From Hydrurus foetidus (Eukaryota), in assembly GCA_900617105.1 (NCBI GenBank), contig UYFQ01000142.1:1-54498 (forward strand): a stretch of 54,498 bases of DNA, written 5' to 3'. Of this stretch, positions 1-10,641 are shown piece by piece. The translations under genes were made by a program, and so were the position numbers. A model generated the notes under the pieces. It did no database searches, was not told the origin of the DNA, and saw only the letters and a program-made list of their open reading frames with translations. The first letter of the stretch is position 1, and each line of letters begins with the position of its first letter.

Positions 1-3000
1 TATGACCGCATTACAGCAGCTGGAGGCCCATATTAGGCACCCACTCGAGTCGACCGCCGACCCAATACAGTTGTTCTAACAACTTCTCCCCCCATTGGAA
101 CTACTACTGAGCAGTGCTGAACCATCGCCACCGTGCTCCGGCACCTTCAAGGGGAGTATCGCAGCTTCCAACATGACCGCATTACAGCAGCTGGAGGCCC
201 ATATTAGGCACCCACTCGAGTCGACCGCCGACCCAATACAGTTGTTCTAACAACTTCTCCCCCATTGGAACTACTACTGAGCAGTGCTGAACCATCGCCA
301 CCGTGCTCCGGCACCTTCAAGGGAGTATCGCAGCTTCCAACATGACCGCATTACAGCAGCTGGAGGCCCATATTAGGCACCCACTCGAGTCGACCGCCGA
401 CCCAATACAGTTGTTCTAACAACTTCTCCCCCCATTGGAACTACTACTGAGCAGTGCTGAACCATCGCCACCGTGCTCCGGCACCTTCAAGGGGAGTATC
501 GCAGCTTCCAACATGACCGCATTACAGCAGCTGGAGGCCCATATTAGGCACCCACTCGAGTCGACCGCCGACCCAATACAGTTGTTCTAACAACTTCTCC
601 CCCATTGGAACTACTACTGAGCAGTGCTGAACCATCGCCACCGTGCTCCGGCACCTTCAAGGGGAGTATCGCAGCTTCCAACATGACCGCATTACAGCAG
701 CTGGAGGCCCATATTAGGCACCCACTCGAGTCGACCGCCGACCCAATACAGTTGTTCTAACAACTTCTCCCCCATTGGAACTACTACTGAGCAGTGCTGA
801 ACCATCGCCACCGTGCTCCGGCACCTTCAAGGGGAGTATCGCAGCTTCCAACATGACCGCATTACAGCAGCTGGAGGCCCATATTAGGCACCCACTCGAG
901 TCGACCGCCGACCCAATACAGTTGTTCTAACAACTTCTCCCCCCATTGGAACTACTACTGAGCAGTGCTGAACCATCGCCACCGTGCTCCGGCACCTTCA
1001 AGGGGAGTATCGCAGCTTCCAACATGACCGCATTACAGCAGCTGGAGGCCCATATTAGGCACCCACTCGAGTCGACCGCCGACCCAATACAGTTGTTCTA
1101 ACAACTTCTCCCCCATTGGAACTACTACTGAGCAGTGCTGAACCATCGCCACCGTGCTCCGGCACCTTCAAGGGGAGTATCGCAGCTTCCAACATGACCG
1201 CATTACAGCAGCTGGAGGCCCATATTAGGCACCCACTCGAGTCGACCGCCGACCCAATACAGTTGTTCTAACAACTTCTCCCCCCATTGGAACTACTACT
1301 GAGCAGTGCTGAACCATCGCCACCGTGCTCCGGCACCTTCAAGGGGAGTATCGCAGCTTCCAACATGACCGCATTACAGCAGCTGGAGGCCCATATTAGG
1401 CACCCACTCGAGTCGACCGCCGACCCAATACAGTTGTTCTAACAACTTCTCCCCCATTGGAACTACTACTGAGCAGTGCTGAACCATCGCCACCGTGCTC
1501 CGGCACCTTCAAGGGGAGTATCGCAGCTTCCAACATGACCGCATTACAGCAGCTGGAGGCCCATATTAGGCACCCACTCGAGTCGACCGCCGACCCAATA
1601 CAGTTGTTCTAACAACTTCTCCCCCATTGGAACTACTACTGAGCAGTGCTGAACCATCGCCACCGTGCTCCGGCACCTTCAAGGGGAGTATCGCAGCTTC
1701 CAACATGACCGCATTACAGCAGCTGGAGGCCCATATTAGGCACCCACTCGAGTCGACCGCCGACCCAATACAGTTGTTCTAACAACTTCTCCCCCCATTG
1801 GAACTACTACTGAGCAGTGCTGAACCATCGCCACCGTGCTCCGGCACCTTCAAGGGGAGTATCGCAGCTTCCAACATGACCGCATTACAGCAGCTGGAGG
1901 CCCATATTAGGCACCCACTCGAGTCGACCGCCGACCCAATACAGTTGTTCTAACAACTTCTCCCCCCATTGGAACTACTACTGAGCAGTGCTGAACCATC
2001 GCCACCGTGCTCCGGCACCTTCAAGGGGAGTATCGCAGCTTCCAACATGACCGCATTACAGCAGCTGGAGGCCCATATTAGGCACCCACTCGAGTCGACC
2101 GCCGACCCAATACAGTTGTTCTAACAACTTCTCCCCCCATTGGAACTACTACTGAGCAGTGCTGAACCATCGCCACCGTGCTCCGGCACCTTCAAGGGGA
2201 GTATCGCAGCTTCCAACATGACCGCATTACAGCAGCTGGAGGCCCATATTAGGCACCCACTCGAGTCGACCGCCGACCCAATACAGTTGTTCTAACAACT
2301 TCTCCCCCCATTGGAACTACTACTGAGCAGTGCTGAACCATCGCCACCGTGCTCCGGCACCTTCAAGGGGAGTATCGCAGCTTCCAACATGACCGCATTA
2401 CAGCAGCTGGAGGCCCATATTAGGCACCCACTCGAGTCGACCGCCGACCCAATACAGTTGTTCTAACAACTTCTCCCCATTGGAACTACTACTGAGCAGT
2501 GCTGAACCATCGCCACCGTGCTCCGGCACCTTCAAGGGGAGTATCGCAGCTTCCAACATGACCGCATTACAGCAGCTGGAGGCCCATATTAGGCACCCAC
2601 TCGAGTCGACCGCCGACCCAATACAGTTGTTCTAACAACTTCTCCCCCCATTGGAACTACTACTGAGCAGTGCTGAACCATCGCCACCGTGCTCCGGCAC
2701 CTTCAAGGGGAGTATCGCAGCTTCCAACATGACCGCATTACAGCAGCTGGAGGCCCATATTAGGCACCCACTCGAGTCGACCGCCGACCCAATACAGTTG
2801 TTCTAACAACTTCTCCCCCCATTGGAACTACTACTGAGCAGTGCTGAACCATCGCCACCGTGCTCCGGCACCTTCAAGGGGAGTATCGCAGCTTCCAACA
2901 TGACCGCATTACAGCAGCTGGAGGCCCATATTAGGCACCCACTCGAGTCGACCGCCGACCCAATACAGTTGTTCTAACAACTTCTCCCCATTGGAACTAC

Positions 3001-3741
3001 TACTGAGCAGTGCTGAACCATCGCCACCGTGCTCCGGCACCTTCAAGGGAGTATCGCAGCTTCCAACATGACCGCATTACAGCAGCTGGAGGCCCATATT
3101 AGGCACCCACTCGAGTCGACCGCCGACCCAATACAGTTGTTCTAACAACTTCTCCCCCCATTGGAACTACTACTGAGCAGTGCTGAACCATCGCCACCGT
3201 GCTCCGGCACCTTCAAGGGGAGTATCGCAGCTTCCAACATGACCGCATTACAGCAGCTGGAGGCCCATATTAGGCACCCACTCGAGTCGACCGCCGACCC
3301 AATACAGTTGTTCTAACAACTTCTCCCCCATTGGAACTACTACTGAGCAGTGCTGAACCATCGCCACCGTGCTCCGGCACCTTCAAGGGGAGTATCGCAG
3401 CTTCCAACATGACCGCATTACAGCAGCTGGAGGCCCATATTAGGCACCCACTCGAGTCGACCGCCGACCCAATACAGTTGTTCTAACAACTTCTCCCCAT
3501 TGGAACTACTACTGAGCAGTGCTGAACCATCGCCACCGTGCTCCGGCACCTTCAAGGGGAGTATCGCAGCTTCCAACATGACCGCATTACAGCAGCTGGA
3601 GGCCCATATTAGGCACCCACTCGAGTCGACCGCCGACCCAATACAGTTGTTCTAACAACTTCTCCCCCCATTGGAACTACTACTGAGCAGTGCTGAACCA
3701 TCGCCACCGTGCTCCGGCACCTTCAAGGGGAGTATCGCAGC
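1..3741. repeat. Tandem array, ~171-bp unit (ATGACCGCATTACAGCAGCTGG...GTATCGCAGCTTCCAAC), ~22 near-identical copies; may continue past the left edge
   Basis: Unit starts at 2, 173, 343, etc. Copies differ essentially only in the length of a C4-C6 and a G3-G4 homopolymer. The array stops at 3741, where GCAGC is followed by CTGATG instead of TTCCAAC. Confidence 0.98.
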
Positions 3742-6167
3742 CTGATGTCTTCTGCTTGCTGCTGCTACTCAATGCATTGCGCAATTGTTGGAGCTCGGCC
3801 TCTGTCGGCTCTGGTAACTTCTTGATCTTCCAACCCCTCGCCATTGCTCCGAGTGTAAGCGTCTTAGCATTACCAACTTAACCCTCTTTCAGTGTCAGGA
3901 AGTCGTTTGCCAGGGTGATGAGAACTTTACAGATGCCCCGCATCAAATATTCCCAATCACCGTAGGCTGGGTCGGTAGCTGCATTGGGCTGTGGACCCTT
4001 CAGCGAATCCAGCTGGCTCTTCGTGGCTAACATTTCAACCAATCTCATTAAGCTCTTCGCGTCGTGTTGATTGTCCGTGGACACCTTGCTGCCAATCGAT
4101 GACATCCAGGATCGGTTAGTCAGCTCAACTTCACTTCCTTTCACTACACCGAGTTCTCTTGCATACCAATCGTAAACGAATGTCTCAGCAGGCTTGGAGC
4201 TCAGCGTTGCAGAATTGTAACCTGATGCTGATGGTCTGAAGTGGCTGTTCAAGATACTGGCAACGGTTGCATCTCTTGCAACAGGCTCTTCTTGTAATGC
4301 AGCTGCAGGGGGTTGGGCGACTTCAAGAAGAGATCCATCGTGGCGAGACCTTTTGCATCCGCTACTGACACTTTGAGGTGTGCTCTGCGTCGAGGACAGA
4401 ATGCTCAGTTTAGCATTAATCTCTTGAATGACGCCGTGCATCAGCTCGATTGTGGATGCCATGTTAGAAATTGTCTGCGATAAATTTTACACGATTACTC
4501 GATTATTAGAGTATAATGATCGATAGTGTGCAATTATTTCAATGCACCTCCTGATTGCTCGCAACCACTTTCTCAAGGACAACTATCTTTTCGAGTAGCA
4601 CTGGTATCAGTGTTTCCCCTACATTCAGACTCGCTTCCATATTAGAATCGTTGAATCTGTCTTTGACTGCTCTGCCCCATTCCAACAGTTCTTTCAAAGT
4701 GATATCGCACTCGTTTGCCTTGTCCACTAGAATTGTCAGTAATTCATGTCTTTGATACTTGCTCCGCATCTCTGGAAGATACATCAGGAGTGTAGCAAAC
4801 ATGCACAGTGCGAAAGGCCACAATTTCCCGTTCGCATGCATGTCAGGGGCAGAGCAATGGAAGAGCTTGACGACAAGGTTGTCGATTTGGGTGGCATTGT
4901 CTGCATTCAACAAACAACACTCCGGTTGGTGCACGGTCACATGTGAGTCTCTCCAACCCGAGAGTGCTCGACCAGCACATGATATCGGATAATGAATGCC
5001 TTCGATATAGATGAACAATCTGCTGATACCCTTTGCCTCCCAGCCACCACGGAGTACAATGTCGATGAACCTCGTTGTCTTATGGGAAGACAGGAGACTT
5101 GCCGCTCCGACCCTGATATTGAAGATTTATTTTAGTGCTGTGAGTGGACTTCATTTAAAATTGTTCAACATACCTCAATGAAGTCCCCTCGTAGTTTCTG
5201 CTGCTCTCAGCGATCAATTTGTCTTTGCACTCCGCCAAAGCTTCTCTGACATATTTCGTGACAAGCGACGAGGCAGAATCGAGATTCTTTGCAAGATCTG
5301 GAAGTATCCAGTTCGACGGCGTCCCTTTACTCAGTTTCGAATTTCCACCTCCCATTATCAAATATAACGCCATCGCGTGATAGAAGTCAGTATCCATCGA
5401 GGAAACATCCGAAAAGAAGTTCATAGGATCAGAATCCCCTAAGAATTTCACAGTCAGAACAAGAGCGAGGAGTTAGTGAGTGATTGAGATTAGTTTTTGA
5501 AAGTTCAAGATCTTTACATACCGGTCTTTTTCTCATTCCAATTAATCAGAAGATTACCAAGTTGCCGATCCCAAATAGCAGACGTCCATGTTGACAATGC
5601 AGACTCCCCAGATCTACCAACTACGAGAAACGTCATCACGATTGCTAGACGACGCTTCATTGCTTCTGCACTACCCGTAGATATCAGTGATTCATTGATA
5701 GAAATCAGCAAATTACGACCGATAGCTTGAGAGCCTTCTGCTGTCGCTAGCCCATTGATAAGAAGCCGACGATTGATGTTGGTCTCGACAGCAAGACGCA
5801 AAGAGGGATACCAGGTATCAAGCGACTTCTCGATCCAAAGTGGATTGGTAGAGAACTTTTTCTGCGCCATCTCCTTTATGGCCGATAGGTACTAAATCGC
5901 TGTCCCAGGCATCAATAATGTCCCGGTATTTTTTCTCTTGGCATGCTCTGCCAGGTACGTAGCAAACTCTTTGAAAAATTCTTGGTTGCAGATTTCACTC
6001 TCGGACAGCCTACCAAGAGAAGCTATTCCTTTAGCATCCAAACCGATCTGTTTGTTGGTACAGAAAATATCTGCATGTCTTAATGCAGAAACTCTTCCAG
6101 CCTCTGTTGACTTGGACGACCGACATGTAGCCATGGCTTCGTAGACTACAGGAACGATTGCGGCCAT
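3680..6167 (-). pseudogene. Intron-containing tyrosine recombinase gene (Crypton-like, resembling stramenopile CryptonS), ~756 codons spliced, two in-frame stops
   Basis: ORF fragments join through three GT-AG introns (5439-5521, 5113-5173, 4475-4547) into one frame of 2271 nt. YR-type motifs occur in order: GRSGE (R), EKKTG (K), GTSLRVGAA (HxxR-like), LRGGW, FIYIEG (Y), then GRALSGW. In-frame TAG at 5892-5894 and TAA at 3878-3880. Terminal TAG at 3680-3682 lies inside the first tandem repeat unit. Confidence 0.8.
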
Positions 6168-6804
6168 TAGAGTAGATTCTTTCGTATCGTGTTTGGTACT
6201 GAACTATTTAATGTAGCGCTGTTGTATGAGCTTCATTGGTTGCCAAATTTCTCAGCTGTGCTGAACACTGATGACGTGATCGTAAGGCATCGTCAGGCGT
6301 CAGGAGGCAGATCTTGAAATTTCCCATCATCCCTTTGGGGGACAGTGGGAAGTCATAGGAATTTTATAACCGACCGAAGGTCGGTATATTTAGACCGTAA
6401 TATGCACGTACAAATATTTTGATGTATGTACTTTCACACGCGGGCCTCCAAATTGACAAGGAGAATCTATACTCTAAATTGCCCTTTTAAACAACCACTT
6501 ATCTCATAATTTCGACGTTGTTGAATATTCTAGGTGAGTCTGGCAACTTCTTTGCACTCTGAACATTGTGCATTTCTGAAAGAAAAAGAATTGAAGCTGC
6601 CGTTTTTCTGTTTTCTGTCTTGCCGAAATTTCAGTTTCACGTCGAATGCCCCTCTGGAAGCATCGTCTACAGGACTTGGCGATGCCCAAAACGAGCAAGA
6701 AGCATCAAATGCTTACTTATTAGGTATGATTTTGAAGTTTCGTCGCTGCAACCTCTTCAATTCATTATCTCATGATCGAAATATGACCATTTTACGATGC
6801 ATCC

Positions 6805-7206
6805 TGTCATGCGAGTGTAATTCATTGATATAGTATACGGATATAGTATGTACGTATAGTAGCCGTTACGTAAAAAGATACATTGAAGTATGATTTCAGA
6901 TAGGTCCAGGATCCCAGAATTCAAAAATAATTATTTTGAAATCCAACACCCAACCGGCAATCCGATACCCTCCGTTGGTCTCCGCAGTGAGAAATGACAT
7001 CATTTCATGATCTTCTCAACTGCTAGGTTATCCACGTGAATTCTTGCAGAATAGCTCTGTTGTTTCCTTTTGCCTGTCAGTAATCTAATCAAGCATAGTC
7101 TACAGAATTGTCGCCGGACAATATTCTTTATTTGACTGAGAGCTCTGCCTGCAGCAGACGATCTACCTGAGTGTCAGCGACATCAGGTAATGCAACCCAT
7201 ATGACA
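6805..7206 (+). repeat. Copia-1 5' LTR (402 bp)
   Basis: Starts TGTCAT after the TSD and ends ATGACA. 6856-7206 matches 13567-13917. Confidence 0.95.
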
Positions 7207-7220
7207 TGGTAGCGATTGAG
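7207..7220 (+). promoter_or_regulatory. Primer binding site TGGTAGCG..., probably tRNA-iMet
   Basis: TGG directly abuts the LTR end. TGGTAGC is the usual complement of an initiator tRNA-Met 3' end. Confidence 0.65.
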
Positions 7221-7338
7221 TAGTCAAATAACCGATACAGAAGCTGTAACTATTTGAATATTCTCGCCCGAATCACTCAACGGCTTCGTCTAACTCGTCT
7301 TATCTGAAAACTCGACTCATCAGCTTCGACGAAAAGAC

Positions 7339-10300
7339 ATGACCGAATCAGAGGAAAAATTGGCATCTATGAAGCAAGCAGGCTTCACAAGACCAGCCAC
7401 GACACGCAGCTCATCCGCTCTCGGTGGGTTGCGACTTCCTACGACGACCGTAAGATCGCCACTTACGCCGCCGTCACTTCGAAAAGAAGCTGTCGAGACA
7501 TCTGCATATGATGTCCGATTGAAGGACCTTGTCGTCAAAGACATCGAGAGAATGGAAAGGCAGGCCTCATCACCGATTCCTTCCAACTACAGGAGGTCTG
7601 AGGAGGCTTCTTCGCCTGTTAAGGGAGCGCCAATCATCGGCCATCCTCCCATCCATTACTCAAATTACCAGAAGACCTCGCAAGCCGATTTTGATGCTAT
7701 GAAAGCTGTCGCAATCACCAGCGAGAACCTTCACAAGAGCCATGAGACGTTCAGAACAGCTGAATCCATCTTCAGCATGAACAACTTGCTGACTATCATG
7801 AACGGCGTGCGCCAACAACCGGAGCCATCACCTTCGAACCCAACGGGATATCGATTGCCATATGTCGTCACATATAAGGGCATTGAATACCGGCTCTCCG
7901 CTGATGACGTTGGGAAGTTCGACCACGACTTCTCAAGATGTTTCCCGCTCCTATTCTACCTTTGCCACCGCTCTATCTACTATCTTGCTCAAGAAGGTTT
8001 CCTGAATCAGAATCCAAATCTGATTTACGCCGCTCTCAAAGAGTATTTTAGTGGTCACGCCGGCAAAGATATGATCAGGATCAACCGTCTGATCAACGAG
8101 TTCAAAGTCGATAACAGCGTTCCAATACAGAAAGATGTTATCAGATTGGACAACTATTACCGCGAACTGGACGCCGCCATGGAAAAGACGATGCATGAGG
8201 AGCTCAAGATGGCACAACTCATGTCACTATTTCAGTTTGACAAGCGACCAGGAGTGGAAGCATGCATGGCCCAGATTTCATTTTGCAACTTCGGATATGG
8301 CCAAGCCATCATTGCCATCATGGAACTCGCCAACGCCATCGACTCAACCCACACGCGCCATCAGATGAAGACACTTACCGCGACGGACAAGAAGACAGAA
8401 CTTTGCCGTGGCTTTGCCGCCGGGAAGTGCAAATTTGGAGATAAATGCAAGTACCTTCATAAGGGACCATCACCCGCCACTGCCAGTACTCCACCACCAT
8501 CTTCAAAACCTACTTCCACCGACAAACCTGCACCAAAAGCAAAGAAGAATCCGCCATCATACATCACCGCCATGCACCGGGAGCTAGTCGGACCACCCAT
8601 GGGCCGACCACGTGAAGGGAACCCTATAGGGTACTCCCGCAAGCAGATGTACGCGCTCAACGTGCTTACAAGAAACTCCGACACTCCATCCAACAATGGA
8701 AGCACAGGGGACAATTGGCGCGATGGCTCAATTCTAGCGGCAGCACAGGGTGGGTCTACGGCAGGACAGAAGCGCGGACACATGAACATGCTTCGGGTCA
8801 ACACCGAGACCGACGATGAAGGGGATGCCATCCCACCCCTCATTGATAATGCCACAGGCATCATTGTACCACGCACACTTGATGCAGCGCCTTCAACACC
8901 TGTTCGCGCACCTCGTCGCATCGACACAGATCTCGATGAGCAGCCCGACCTTCACTCACCTGCTGCATCAGCTATCCGGGTACCAAGTGTACGTGACCCT
9001 CCACCTCGAGCACTCCAGCTTACCACGACGACTCACACACTCCTCTTACGTATGATACACCAGTATAACACTACTATTCAAGACCCCGACGACCTAGGAG
9101 ATATATCCGACTATCGTCAATTTATATCCTCCTCACGTGATGCTAAGAATGGCACACCAATTCTTACCATCTTCGGCTGGCTTGACCGGAGTCGTTCATT
9201 CCATCATTCTAATGTGCGTGCAGACATCCGGGGAGCGTCACTACCACTTATGCACGTGATCTACACAATTGGACGCCACTACCTCGATGCTGAAGTCACC
9301 TACATGATTCCAGATCCTGTATGGGAAGCCCGCGCGTTTATGACGTTTGATCCCGTAGACACGGCATACCATAAGCCGGGTGAAGAAGGTTCATATGTAT
9401 CTAGTATAACTAACATACAAGTGTACGGTGCCACATATGCAAATATTCTCAGGAAACAAATACCAGAGTCTATTAAAATGTATTATGTCCTCGCCCTCAT
9501 CTTTGACTTTATGGCATTCACAGCTCAGACAATGCGTACACTCATAGGACACCGTGAAGGTACTGCCAACAACCTAGCCGGCCTACGCGATCTAATGAAA
9601 GACTCTCTCCATCAGATCTATACCGACAAGTTTGACCGCTCAGAACCACACCTTCATCTGTTTGAAGTGTTTCAAGCCATCATCACAGAGATTTGTCCTA
9701 TCCCATATCAGTTCGCAGATGAACTACCTACACCGGACACTCGCGCCCAAAAGTTCACTACACCTCGGACGCACCATCGATACACACGTCCCCCCCTGCT
9801 ATCTCCTCAGATTCAGTACGCCGACGTACCTTCAACAACCTTTCAGCGATATGTTCCAGAAGAGGACATAGAGGATCTCGTACCCGAGAACCTACCAGTA
9901 CTACAAATTGGCGAACCTCAAGTGGAGGGTGTAGAATATCGGCTAGAGCCATTCTTGGTCCGCCATCATGGACCTTCTGCATACACCTACCCCCCGGTAT
10001 CCTCGACTGCATTATCGCAATCTTCCTCATTTTTCGCATCTACCTCTGCTACTGCCCATGCACCTCGTGATACCGCTTTCGGTCCACCTATTGCAGACAC
10101 TACAGATGGTTATGCTGACGACGCCTTAAGGCCAATATCAATATCATCGTTACCGATCCGCCCACCAACGCCTCCAAAACGCAAACATGATGAGATATCT
10201 GAAGACCACAGCGCCAACCTTGTCATTGAGACACACACTCTCAATGCCCTCTCCAACACCTCTCAGGTTATTTTCGACTCAGGATGCTCCATCACTGGCA

Positions 10301-10641
10301 CCTCCCATGTGTCTAACCTACATGATGTTACTGAGTGCGGCACTTTGTCTGTCCAAGGTGCATTCGGACCTTCCATCCAGCCATCCAAACGTGGCAAACT
10401 CGGCCCTTTAGGACTCGACGCCATCGTCATTGACGGTATGGGACATCAGACCCTAGTCTCCCTATCCCAATACTGCCAAGGTGGCGACTCTGGAATACCA
10501 CACGTTGGTGTCTTCACCGGCACAGACTTCCGCATGTTTGAACTCGCGTCCACCTTACCCGCTATAAAACTATTCTCCGAGATTGGTATCGAGACCACTC
10601 GTGGAACTGTCAAAGGCGGCATCTACATCGAGGACCCGTAG
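7339..10641 (+). CDS. gag-pro: Copia-1 ORF1 (1100 aa): Gag-like region, CCCH zinc finger, large unknown insert, aspartic protease
   Basis: CRGFAAGKCKFGDKCKYLH (C-x7-C-x5-C-x3-H) at 8404-8460. Protease active site VIFDSGCS at ~10267-10290. Ends in a TAG in frame with ORF2. Confidence 0.85.
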   Translation: MTESEEKLASMKQAGFTRPATTRSSSALGGLRLPTTTVRSPLTPPSLRKEAVETSAYDVRLKDLVVKDIERMERQASSPIPSNYRRSEEASSPVKGAPIIGHPPIHYSNYQKTSQADFDAMKAVAITSENLHKSHETFRTAESIFSMNNLLTIMNGVRQQPEPSPSNPTGYRLPYVVTYKGIEYRLSADDVGKFDHDFSRCFPLLFYLCHRSIYYLAQEGFLNQNPNLIYAALKEYFSGHAGKDMIRINRLINEFKVDNSVPIQKDVIRLDNYYRELDAAMEKTMHEELKMAQLMSLFQFDKRPGVEACMAQISFCNFGYGQAIIAIMELANAIDSTHTRHQMKTLTATDKKTELCRGFAAGKCKFGDKCKYLHKGPSPATASTPPPSSKPTSTDKPAPKAKKNPPSYITAMHRELVGPPMGRPREGNPIGYSRKQMYALNVLTRNSDTPSNNGSTGDNWRDGSILAAAQGGSTAGQKRGHMNMLRVNTETDDEGDAIPPLIDNATGIIVPRTLDAAPSTPVRAPRRIDTDLDEQPDLHSPAASAIRVPSVRDPPPRALQLTTTTHTLLLRMIHQYNTTIQDPDDLGDISDYRQFISSSRDAKNGTPILTIFGWLDRSRSFHHSNVRADIRGASLPLMHVIYTIGRHYLDAEVTYMIPDPVWEARAFMTFDPVDTAYHKPGEEGSYVSSITNIQVYGATYANILRKQIPESIKMYYVLALIFDFMAFTAQTMRTLIGHREGTANNLAGLRDLMKDSLHQIYTDKFDRSEPHLHLFEVFQAIITEICPIPYQFADELPTPDTRAQKFTTPRTHHRYTRPPLLSPQIQYADVPSTTFQRYVPEEDIEDLVPENLPVLQIGEPQVEGVEYRLEPFLVRHHGPSAYTYPPVSSTALSQSSSFFASTSATAHAPRDTAFGPPIADTTDGYADDALRPISISSLPIRPPTPPKRKHDEISEDHSANLVIETHTLNALSNTSQVIFDSGCSITGTSHVSNLHDVTECGTLSVQGAFGPSIQPSKRGKLGPLGLDAIVIDGMGHQTLVSLSQYCQGGDSGIPHVGVFTGTDFRMFELASTLPAIKLFSEIGIETTRGTVKGGIYIEDP

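Larger units (their letters stand above)
1..6360 (-). mobile_element. Putative Crypton-like (YR) DNA transposon, boundaries uncertain
   Basis: Stand-alone spliced YR gene with no adjacent RT or gag. Hairpin-like TTCCCA...TGGGAA at ~6321-6351 near the presumed upstream end. The other end is not resolved. Confidence 0.55.

Noticed and set aside
1..3741. CRISPR-like array
   Set aside because: Units are contiguous and identical with no unique spacers, there are no cas genes, and the context is eukaryotic. Homopolymer length variation may be sequencing error.
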